Part shown: positions 51,507 to 62,469 of the stretch, one piece after another
Position numbering within the stretch: the stretch's first letter is position 1
Layout: every line of letters starts with the position of its first letter
Assembly: GCF_963921235.1 (NCBI RefSeq)
Contig: NC_086097.1
Span: 13,206,001-13,270,000 of the forward strand
Direction of reading: 5' to 3'
Length of the DNA stretch: 64,000 nt
Source of the DNA: Mobula hypostoma
Lineage: Eukaryota
Made by a program: the position numbers and the translations under genes
Notes under the pieces: generated by a model
The model's database searches: none
What the model saw: the letters and a program-made list of their open reading frames with translations, nothing else
What the model was told of the DNA's origin: nothing

Positions 51507-51604
51507 GCAACACACATCAAAGTTGCTGGTGAACGCAGCAGGCCAGGCAGCATCTATAGGAAGAGGCGCAGTCGACGTTTCAGGCCGAGACCCTTCGTCA
51601 GGAC
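51507..51604 (-). mobile_element. 98-bp Penelope-derived mini-element containing a hammerhead motif (duplicate at 55464-55561)
   Basis: Perfect 12-bp TSD acattatgaata (51495-51506, 51605-51616); minus strand starts GUC-CUGACGA-AGG..CCU-GAAACGUC-GAC. Confidence 0.85.
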
Positions 51605-54600
51605 ACATTATGAATACCTAACTCCATGAAGCCTGTACTCAAATAAAAGTTGTCATTCAGTGTTTTTGCGAAGGGATTTTTTAAAAATTGTTTGATAATT
51701 TTCAGACCATGAATAGCTCTGCAAGGGTTAAACATAAGGAACAAGTTGTGGCATTTTATTGAATTACAGCATATGACCACTTTATAATTAGCCAACACTT
51801 CATCGTAGTACAATTAATGAATACTGCTCTCTCTTTGAGGAACACACATCAAAGTTGCTGGTGAACACAGCAGGCCAGGCAGCATCTGTAGGAAGAGGTG
51901 CAGTCGACGTTTCAGGCCGAGATCCTTCGTCAGGACATGTCCTGAAACGTCGACTGCACCTCTTCCTACAGGTGCTGCCTGGCCTGCTGCGTTCACCAGC
52001 AACTTTGATGTGTGTTGCTTGAATTTCCAGCATCTGCAGAATCTCTAGTGTTCATCACTGCCTCTTATTGATGCCCATGATGATAGGGAGAGCTGTAGCT
52101 ATGATGGAAATGAATGAGCCTACCAGTCACTGGAACCTCTTACATTTATGTGCATTGCAGTTCCCGATTATCTCTAAAATTGAAATTAGCCAAAAGATCA
52201 CGCTGGAACTCTGGTAAGTCCAGTAAACCAGTGCTGTACTTCCAGAGGAAGGGTCCGGCTGTAATTCCACTAAAGATATCCCTTTAGTCAATTCTTATTG
52301 ATCAAGATTGGCAATCTGTTAGCAACTTGTGAAATCCTTCCTATTCAGCTTTCCAAAATTTAATCTAGACCACAAATGTGCTCAAGAGTCAGAAACTCAT
52401 TTATTTATTCATTGAGATACAGTACGGAATAGGACCTTCCAGTCCTTCAAACTGTGCCACTCTGTAATCCCCAATTTAGTCTGTGGGAGGAAAGTGGAGC
52501 ATCTGGAGGAAATCTATGCGGTCATGGGAAGAACGTACAAACTCCTTATGGGCAGCGGTAGGAATTGAACCCAGGTTGCTTTTACTGTAAAGCGTTGTGC
52601 TAACCTCTATGCTACCATGCCGCCCAATAGAACACTACAGCACAGAAACAGGCCCTTTGGCCCATCTAGTCCATACTGAACTATTAATCTGCTTCGTCCA
52701 GTTGACCTGCACCTTGACCACAGTTCTCCAATAGAGTCATAGAAAATTACACCCACAAAACAGGCCCTTAGGCCCAACTAGTCCGCAACAAACTACCAAG
52801 CTGCCTCGTCCTGTTGATCTGCACCTGGACCATAGCTCCAATAGAATCATAGAACACTTAATCACAGAAAAAGGCATTTCTGCCCAACTACCTAAATATC
52901 AGGCAAGTTCAGAAGATGATAGAATCACTGATGAGACCACACTTGGAGTAATGTGTGTTGTTCTGGTCACCCTGCTACAGGAAGGATGTGAATAGACAGG
53001 GAAGTTTTAGAAAGAAATTGATCAGGATGTTGCAGGGATGTTGCTTCAGTTATAAAGAGAGATTCGTCAGGAAGGACCATTTCTTTAGAGCAGGGTTTCC
53101 TAACCTGGGGTCCACGGACTGCTTGCTTAAAGGTATTGGTCCATGGCATTAAAAATGTTGGGAACCCCTGCTTTAGAGTGAAAGAAGCTGACATTTTCTA
53201 GAGGTTTATAAAACAATAAGGGACATAAGGTAGATCTTCACAGTCCATTTGCCAGAGTAGAGTAGAGAGTCAGTCTTTTTCCCAGAGTAGAGTAGATCAT
53301 CACAACCTTTCTTAGACTAGGGGACATTAGTTTAAGGTGAGAAGGGAAAGGGGGTGTGAAGACCAAAAGAAAATAAGACCATAAGATATGGGAGCAGAAT
53401 TAGGCCATTTGGCTCATTGAGTCTGTGCCACCATTTCATCATGGCTGATCCATTTTCCCTTTCAGCCCTGATCTCCTGCCTTCTCTCCATATCCCTTCAT
53501 GCCCTGACTAATCAAAACTCTATCAACCTCTGCCTTAAATATACCCAATGAATTGGCTCCACAACAATCTGTGGCAATGAATTCCACAGATTCACCACCC
53601 TCTGGGTGAAGTGCAAGTTTTTACACGCAAGAGGGAGGTAGGTATGTGAAATGAGCTGCCAGTGCAGTTGGGAGAGACAGATATAATTACAGTGTTTAAA
53701 AGCATTTAGACAGCTATGTGGATGGAAAGGGTTTAGACGATAGGGTTAGGCCAAATCCAGGCAAATGGGATTATTTAGACGGGTATTTTGCTTGGCATGT
53801 TCAAATTGGGCCAAAGGGCCTGTTTGCATTCTGTACAAATCTATGACAATGGCCTCCATGGAAATAGATCACAGCTTGAAATTGAATTATGATGTTCAGA
53901 GTGAAGTGCAATCACGAAGAAAGCATGGCAGCACCTCAACTTCCTGACGAGTTTGTGAAGATTCGGCATGACATCTAAAACTTTGACCAACTTCTATAGA
54001 TGTGTAGTGGAGTGTATATGGATTGGCTGTATCACAGCTTGGTACAGAAATGCAATGTCCTTGAACAGAATATCCTACAAAAAGTAGTGGATGCAGCCCA
54101 ATCCATCATGTGTAAAGCCCTTCCACCTTTAAACACACCTACACGAAACACCATCACAGGAAAGCATTCAAATTTCAGGGACCCCTACCACTTAGGACAT
54201 ACTCTCTTCTCACTGTTGCAATGAGGAAGAGGTACAGGAGCCTCAGGACCCACACCACCAGGTTCTGAAACGGTTATTAGCCCTCAACCATCAGGCTCTT
54301 GAACCACAAGGGATATCTTCCCCTGTCCCATCATTAAATTGTTCCACAGGCAATGGACTCACTTTCAAGGACTCTTCATCTCACTTTCTAGATATTTATT
54401 GCTTATTTATTTATTACTATTATTTTTTTCATCTTGTATTTGCACAGTTTGTTGTCTTTTGCATATTGGTTGAATGTCAGGTTGGTGTGGTCTTGCACTG
54501 ATTGTGTTATGGTTATTATTCTGTGGATTTATTGAGTATGCCAGCAAGAAAATGAATCTCAGGGTTGTGTATGGTGACATATATGTAGTTTGATAATAAA

Positions 54601-55798
54601 GTTACTTTGAACATTCAAGAGGACAACAGGACGGTTGGATCTACTCATCCTTAATCTGTGGTTTGTTGTAGTCAACCCAACCAATGTTTATTTAGGATCA
54701 AGATTTGTAATGTTTGGTTGAGATAAAAGGCAATGATAATTTCATATTTGAAAATCAATAAAATGTTTAAAAATGCAATGCTGCAAGTCTAAAATAAGAA
54801 CAGAAATGATTCAGAATACTCAACAGGTCAATTCACATCTATGAGAAGAGAATCAGAGTGAAGACTTAAGATCCTTCCTCAGAACAGGGAAGGAGCTTTG
54901 ACTTTCTACTTCTGATGAAGGATCTTCAACTTAAAACATTGACTCCATTTTCTTTCCTACAAATCCGACCTGATCTGCTCAATATTTCCAGAAGTTATTG
55001 TTTTTATGCGACATTTTTAACATATCTGCACAGGAGGACGCAAATATCGAGCGAGTGGGTAAAGATTTAACAGTCGGCGTATAATGTGGGAAGATGTGAG
55101 ATTATCCACAAGAAAGAAGAATATTGTTTAGGTGAATAAACCAAGGAATGCTGGTGTACGAAGAGTTCTGGGTGCCTTCACAGAACTTTAACACACAGTA
55201 AATCAGAGAAAGAAGAGTACTGTAGAATGTTCGCCTTTATTGCAAAGGGATGGGTGTATATGCAAATAAATCTTCTTAGATATATAGAATGCTGATGGGA
55301 CCACACGAGGAGTATTTTGCATACAGAATTGCTGCTGTACAGCAATCACAATAAATCTGTCTTTCTGTGCAGGAATTATTAAATATATCCAAGTACATAA
55401 ATCTGTATGCCTCAATATGTGGAATTATTAAAAGTGGCTCAAACAACTTTTACATTATGAATAGCAACACACATCAAAGTTGCTGGTGAACGCAGCAGGC
55501 CAGGCAGCATCTATAGGAAGAGGCGCAGTCGACGTTTCAGGCCGAGACCCTTCGTCAGGACACATTATGAATACCTAACTCCATGAAGCCTGTACTCAAA
55601 TAAAAGTTGTCATTCAGTGTTTTTGCGAAGGGATTTTTTAAAAATTGTTTGATAATTTTCAGACCATGAATAGCTCTGCAAGGGTTAAACATAAGGAACA
55701 AGTTGTGGCATTTTATTGAATTACAGCATATGACCACTTTATAATTAGCCAACACTTCATCGTAGTACAATTAATGAATACTGCTCTCTCTTTGAGGA

Positions 55799-56008
55799 AC
55801 ACACATCAAAGTTGCTGGTGAACACAGCAGGCCAGGCAGCATCTGTAGGAAGAGGTGCAGTCGACGTTTCAGGCCGAGATCCTTCGTCAGGACATGTCCT
55901 GAAACGTCGACTGCACCTCTTCCTACAGGTGCTGCCTGGCCTGCTGCGTTCACCAGCAACTTTGATGTGTGTTGCTTGAATTTCCAGCATCTGCAGAATT
56001 CCTGTTGT
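55799..56008. mobile_element. Palindromic (head-to-head) Penelope-derived insertion (truncated duplicate at 51842-52042)
   Basis: About 75-bp near-perfect inverted arms; TSD tctctc(t/c)ttgagga at 55785-55798 and 56009-56022. Confidence 0.85.
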
Positions 56009-56496
56009 TCTCTCCTTGAGGATTGTGTACAGTTATGGCTACTTTTAAGGAGGGAGATGCTTGTATTGGGTGCAGTTAGGGGAAAATATACTAGGCTTTT
56101 CTCTGATTTTTGCTCTCTTTTTGCACTTTTTTTGGTATAGATTTCTTATTGCGATTTATATATTTTTAATTATTATGTATTGCAATACACTGCTGTCACA
56201 AAACAACAAATTTCATGACTTATGCCAGTGATACTGAACCTGATTCTCATTCTGAGGTTTATTTCTGTAAGAAGTTGTTGTCTTAAACAGAAGAAGTAGC
56301 CAGGCTGGATTGAAACAACAAAGCTAGGAAGAATGGAAAGAGAACTTTATGCAACATAGAAGGAGGATGCCAAAAACTGCATGTTTCCATGTACGTGATA
56401 AATAAACAAATCTGCATCTCAGTCGACGTTTGTCCCTTTGTTATGCAAGAGCTCATCCTGGGAAAGTTATTTTACACATAAGACAATAGACTACTA

Positions 56497-57045
56497 CTAC
56501 CTCTACTACTACTACTACGTCGACTCAGGCCTAGGGGGCCGGTGTCGGGCACGATGACGGCTCTCCACTTCTCCCTCTCCCTCATCAGTGTGTTCTGTTC
56601 ATCTACATTAGCCGCGGCGCTGTCTTCTAGGAGTATGTTGACCATAGTCTTGGGAGGGCGCCCAGGGTTCATCCTCCCATGCTTGGGCTCCCATATGATG
56701 ACTAGGCTGGCAGGTAGCTCGGGGTGGCGTAGACAGTGCCCCGCTTCTTGCAGTCTTCTCATCTCGGTTTTAGTGGAGAGCATCGGTAGGTCGTTATAGA
56801 GCTCAACGTTCGTCATGTGCTGTTGCCAACTCACATCGAGAGCTATCCGGAGCATTCGTGTATAGCAACCATCTAGAGACTTTGGCATAGTCTTGGTGAG
56901 TGTCCACGTCTCGCATCCGTACGTGAGAATGGACTCTATGACTGCTATGAAAATCCTCTTCTTAAGCCCTCTGGTCAGGTTCAACTTCTAGATTTCCTTC
57001 ATGTCGTTCATAGCCCTCCACGCCAGCGCCTTCCGTATCTTTATG
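56497..57045 (-). mobile_element. RTE-clade LINE 3' fragment
   Basis: LKKRIFIAVIESILTYGCETWTLT, LDGCYTRMLR, AGHCLRH, GRPPKT, REKWRAVI; (agt)n tail. Confidence 0.92.
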
Positions 57046-57476
57046 TCATAGGACATAGGACATTAGACATAGGAGTATATTTAGGCCATTCAGCGCATTG
57101 AGTCTACTCTGCCAATCTACCACGGCTGATTAATTATCCCCCTTAACCCCATTCTCCTGCCTTCTTCCCGTAACTTTTGGCATCCTTACTAACAAAGAAC
57201 CTATCAACCTTTGCTTTAAATATAGCTAATGACTTGGCCTCCTCAGTCTTCTGCGGCAATGAATTCCATAGATTTACCACCTGGCTAAAGAAATTTCTCT
57301 GTTCTAAAGGGACGACATTGTATTCTAAGGCTGTGCCCTCTGGTCCTAGACTTCCTGCACTATAAGAAACAAACTCTGCATGTCCACTCCATCTAGGTCT
57401 TTCTGTATTTGATAGGTTTCAATAAGATCCCTCTGCAGTTTTCTGAACCCTGGTGAGTACAGACTTAGAGCCATCA
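57046..57476 (-). mobile_element. CR1 3' end
   Basis: ggcaatgaattccatagatttaccacc; tail cataggacatagg. Confidence 0.75.
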
Positions 57477-58668
57477 TGTCGACAGAGGTGAAAACTGCTC
57501 CTATCAATCAATCATTCTCTGCCTCTTGTACGTTTACATTTACCTGCACTGCACTTTCTCTGTAGCTTTTATACTTCATTCTGCATTGTTATTGTTTTAC
57601 CTTATTCAACCTCAATGCACTGTGTAATGGTTTGATCTGTATAAATAGTATGCAAGACAAGCTTTTCACTCGTACATAAGACAATATTAAAGCAATACCA
57701 GTGCTCTCAGCTGAGTACACAGTAGTATTATTTAAGATCACACGACATAGGAAAGCACATTGGGTAGAATTAGGCCTAATAGATTCCTTCATTCAAGTGC
57801 TTTGCAGCAACAGATTCTTATTCTCAGTCGCTGGCTTCAAATGAACTGGATAATTCCTAAGCAGGCAAATGAAAAACTTGAAGAGATTCACATTTTTAAC
57901 TTGCTTTTGAGCTGGAGGAGGAATTTCCTTTTTCAAAAGTTTGCATGTTTTCTTTACATTTGGCCAGAGATTCAATGGAAGACCATTTTTCTTATATCTG
58001 TTCAGTCAAACCATCAACAGGTCTACAGAACACTCACTTTCAAAGATAAATTCTCAAATTATCCCACCACAAATTACCTATTGAGTATACATATCTCCAA
58101 ATCCCTGACAGTACATTGAAATCATTTCATTTAACGAAGGGCTGTTATGATTTGTACTATAGGAAAGCCAAAAAAATTGTCACCGTAGATTCTATTTCAC
58201 AAATGAAAGTGCAGACAAATGAAAGACAGACATTCTTTTGTTTTCGTTCCCTGTAGCATAATTATCTGTGGAGAATTCCTTAAACAGGTTTATTGACTTA
58301 AAAGGTCTTGGTTGCTATGCCATTTCAATGTGTACATTAATAATTTAAAAATGTGGATTTTAAGTTCATTTAGACCAATAAATGAACTTTTAGGTGGTGG
58401 AATAGAGATATATCTCTACCAAAGGAAGTGTAAGGTGATCCTTCACTTTGCTAGCCTGCAGGTCTCCCTTGGGCAAGGTGTAGCACCCGCTTAACCCCCC
58501 GATCAAGGTCACGTGAAGCTATGTGACCCGGTGGTGGATGGCTGTATGAGCAGCTGATGCATATCACAAGCAACCACTGATACCAGGCACATAATGATGA
58601 TAATGATACTCATAAGCAGACTGCTTTTTGATAATTCTGGGCTGTGTTTTGATACAGCTGAAACTCAC

Positions 58669-58777
58669 CCATAATTCCATTTGCAAAACTTGCCACTCGG
58701 TATTCCTCGATGAGCCTGTTGACCTTCCGAATGAGTTGGGCAGCTCTACCCACTGCGCACTCTGTGCTATATGTCAT
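58669..58777 (-). CDS. Candidate coding first exon of an unidentified host gene (36 codons, phase 1)
   Basis: ATG with upstream in-frame stop; open frame MTYSTECAVGRAAQLIRKVNRLIEEYRVASFANGIM; strong donor G|GTGAGT; non-repeat, locally CpG-retaining; no homologue recognised. Confidence 0.25.
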
Positions 58778-60384
58778 AGATATGTTAGGAGGTCATGTGA
58801 CTCTCCCTCTGGTGATGTCACCCCTTCTGTAGGTGATTGACAGGCAAATCCGTGGTGGTGCTCCTAAGCCACCTCCTTCTCTGCGGGATGGAAGGGCTTC
58901 ACACATATTCACCAACCCTAAAGCCTGACACACCCAAGAATCATTAAAACTGCCCCCTTGCATCATTCCAGGGGAAGCTAAAGTGGAAGTGACAACACTG
59001 TTAGAAATTTGTGAGGACTCACCTCAAATTGTGTGTACAGTTTTGGTTGCCATACCTGAGTAGTGTCGTGATTAAGGTAGAGAGATTGCAGAAAAGATTC
59101 ACCAGGATGTTGCTGGGACTAGAGAGCTTGACATATAAGGAGAGATTGCTTTCTCTAAAGCAGGGTTCCCAACCTTTTTTTATGCCGTGGACCAATACCA
59201 TTTAGCAAGGGCTTCATGGACCCCAGGATGGGAATCCCACTCCATAGTGAAGGAGGCTGAGGAGGTTTATGAATCAAAAGGAACAGAGAACGGGTAGGAA
59301 ATCACAGGATAGGATCATCTAAAATTATGGTGAAAGGGAACCTGAGGGGCATGTTTTTTCACCCAGAGTGTGGTAGGTATATGGAACAAGCTGCTAGAGG
59401 AAGTATTTGAGGCAAGTACAGTATGTTCATTCATTCATTCGTTCTGTGCCATGTTGGATGACGTAGGAAATCATTGTTTTTCCATGACCATGATTATTCT
59501 TAGCAAGTCTTTCAACAGAAGTGCTTTGCCATCGCCTTCTTCTGGGCAGTGTCTTTACAAGACAGGTGATCCCAGCCATGATCAATACTCTTCAGGGATT
59601 GTCTGCCGGGTGTCATGCACCTGCTGCTCCCATAGCTTCACACAATCCTGATCAGGGGGCTAAGCAGGTGCTACACCTTGCCCAAGGGTGACCTGCAGGC
59701 TAGCGGAGGGAAGGAGCTCCTTACACCTCCTTTGCTAGAGACATAACTTCACCCCACTGTCATGACAATATATTAACAATATTTAAAAGAACTTGCACAT
59801 GTAAAACCATGGGTCAAGTGTGGTCAAATGTGATTAGCTTAGATGCACATCTTGGCTGGACTGGATAAGTTGGGCTGAAGGGCTGTTTACATGCTGTGTC
59901 ACTCAATGACACAAATACTTTGTTCTTCTTGCTTCACTTAATTATTGTTTGAGTAAACAATACTTTGAGCAACAATTTCCCAACATCCCCACCCCCAAAC
60001 CAGTGGTGCCACCATCCCAGTGTCTCAGAGGGAGCCATAATGCCTCGGCAACATTCTCTTCTGTTCAGCTTCGTTCTGCCACACAACCACCCAGCTGTAC
60101 CTAAACAACCCAACAAACTGGATAACTAAATCACAGGGCTCACTGACGAACACAAAGACAGGGGGACTTCCCCTCCCACACAAAATTACAAAACGTGAAA
60201 TAAGAGCAGTTGGGCCTTCAAATCTGCACCACCAGATCAGGGCTGATGTGACTGTGAACTTACCTTGCATTCCCTTCTATTTCTGGTTACCTTTTACCTT
60301 GTGCTTATCGACAATCTCTGACTGAAAAGCAATCAAAGACTACTTCATATACCCTATGACAATGTGATCTCCAAAGATACAAGA

Positions 60385-60716
60385 ACCACTGAGCTTAAGA
60401 TGTTGGAAAGGCCTAATTTGGAGCATTGCATGCAGTTCTGGTTACCTACCGACGAGAAAGATATCAATAAGAGTATAGAGTAATTTACCGGTTCTTGAGG
60501 ACCTAATTTATTGGGAAATCTTGAATAGGTTAGGACTTCATACCCTGGAGCATAACAGAACGAGGGGAGAGTTGATAGAGCCATACAAAATTATTAAGGT
60601 ATAGATAGGGTAAATGCAGACTTTACTCACTGAGGTTGGGTGAGAGTACGCAAGAGGTCATAGGTTAAGGATAAAAGATGAAATGTTTAAGAAGAACATG
60701 AGGGAGAGCTTCTTCC
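60385..60716 (+). mobile_element. Old CR1 fragment
   Basis: ggagcattgcatgcagttctggttacc; gaagaacatgagggagagcttcttc. Confidence 0.75.
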
Positions 60717-60764
60717 TGAATTCAGGATTGAAGTATGCCATCAAAGCAGCATTTAACCAAGCTT

Positions 60765-61341
60765 CCAGTTTGGTTGCCAGCCGCTCGACCATGGTTTTTC
60801 AGTTGGGTGCCAGATGCTTGGGGAGATTTGGCGGGGGGGCAGGCGCCCGGCGTTCGGCCAGGGGCCATGGTCGAGTGGTCGGCAACTTGGGCCAGCTCCC
60901 CCACCGGACTTAGTCTGGTGAGGAGGGTGTGAGGACACCCAGCAGGACTAAAAAAAAACAAGACCTGACAAAGGGCGGGTGAGCTCCTTGTGAGCCAACA
61001 GCCATCTTCCGTGGAAGAGATTAAAGCCTCACCACGTATCTATGAATCATATGCTATGCACCTAGTTAGAAGAGACATGATGAACTTGGGCACTGCACCG
61101 TGTGCCTGGACCTGCCCAGGGCCTCCGCCTAAGGAAGGGCCGAGCTCAAAGAAGCGGCCACGGCTGGAGGCTGACACATCTTTGGGCTCGAGTTCGGCGG
61201 GGGCAGCGGCGGGCGGTGCCAAGTCGACCAGCGAGAACAAACTGGAGGAGAGGCTGTAATCGGTGCTGTCGCAAGATCGAAGAAGATGGAGGTGCATAGC
61301 CGCCAAACCCAGATTCGGGACGGCACCCACTGACTGACTGA
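60765..61341 (+). mobile_element. Internally deleted RTE (5' UTR plus first codons, and 3' end) carrying a host gene fragment
   Basis: Structured 5' region; MMNLGT start like AP-endonuclease (M-x-x-G-T-W-N-V) breaks off at 61094; 3' SQDRRRWR..TD* plus (ctga)n tail at 61330-61341; 5' boundary approximate, no convincing TSD. Confidence 0.7.
61093..61269 (+). pseudogene. CYHR1: Circularly permuted fragment of CYHR1/ZFTRAF1 (N-terminal region and start of the Cys-rich domain)
   Basis: 61128-61269 encodes ..PSSKKRPRLE..ENKLEERL*SVL and 61094-61126 encodes [11 protein letters not shown]; recalled vertebrate CYHR1 reads [25 protein letters not shown]; markedly GC/CpG-rich versus flanks. Confidence 0.85.
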
Positions 61342-61759
61342 ATTATTGATGTCAAGGCGCCCTGGAGTACCTAAACATTATAGGAATCAAAGGGAAAACT
61401 ACAGTTGCAGAAATTATAACTTGCATATAGGAAGGTGATAGTGATTGTCAGAAGTTAATAATCCTGTGACAGGACATCACCACAGGAATTCCTTGGGACT
61501 GTGTCCTTGGCTGAACCAACATCAGCCGCTTCATCGATGACTTTCTTTCCATCGTAAGGTCAGATGTGAGGATGTTGGTTGAGAACTGGACAACTTTCAG
61601 GTCCATTAGCCACCCCAGACATGCTACAAGACTTGGAACAGCAATGGCTGATATGCAGCAAGTGACAATAGCGTCACTCAAGTGCCAGGTAACAATTATA
61701 TGCAACAACAGCCAAACCACCTCTGAAACAAAGGATTTTAATCAAAGGCCTTCAAAAAT

Positions 61760-62350
61760 CAAAGTATTTAGTACAGGAGATGGGATATTATGTTGAAGTT
61801 GTATAAGACATTAGTGAAGCATAATTTGGAGTGTTACGTACAGTTTTGGTCACATACCTACTGGAAAGATGTAAATAAAGTTGAAAGAGTACCGAGAAAA
61901 TTTTATAGGGCTGTTTCTGTGCGTGGAGGACCTGATTTATATGGAAAGTTTGAGTAGGTTAGGGTTTTATTTGTTGGGATATAAAAAATTGAGAGGAGAT
62001 TTGATATACACAAAATTATGAGGGGTATAGATAGGGTAAATGCAGGCGGGCTTTTTCCCCTGAGGTTGAATGGGACTACAGTCATGGGTTAAGGGTGAAA
62101 AGTTTAAGAGGAACATGAGGGAATACTTCTTCACTCAGAGGATGGTGAGAGTGTGGAATGAGCTGCCAGTGCAAGTGGTGCATGTGAGCTTGATTTCAAT
62201 ATTTAAGAGAAGTTTGGAGAGGTGCCTTTAGGGTAACTGTATGGAGGGCAATTGTCCCGGTGCAGGTCAATAGGAATAGACATTTTTAATGTTTTGGCAT
62301 GGACTAAATGGGCTGAAGGGCCTATTTCTGTGTCTGTACTTTTCTATGAC
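61760..62350 (+). mobile_element. Old CR1 3' fragment
   Basis: ttcttcactcagaggatggtgagagtgtggaatgagctgcc; tail tgtactttctatgac. Confidence 0.78.
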
Positions 62351-62469
62351 CCTAGTTCCAAAACCCCCTACTATCAATGTTCTGCACGTCACTTTTGACC
62401 GAAAACTTAACTATACCAGCTATATCAATACTGCGGCCGTATTGCGACTACAGATCGGAAATCCTGCAG

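Larger units (their letters stand above)
48077..55999 (+). repeat. Direct tandem duplication, unit 3957 bp (48077-52033 and 52034-55990)
   Basis: Eight ORF pairs have identical translations at offset 3957 (e.g. 48998/52955, 50043/54000, 51800/55757); no differences seen on spot comparison. Confidence 0.97.

Noticed and set aside
60716..61344. ctgaatt as TSD of the chimeric RTE
   Set aside because: Only 7 bp and overlaps the (ctga)n tail; could be chance.
60990..61355. Functional CYHR1 gene or novel GC-rich protein-coding gene
   Set aside because: Fragment is permuted, has an in-frame stop, lacks splice sites and downstream exons, and lies between retroelement ends; overlapping ORFs on other frames reflect high GC.
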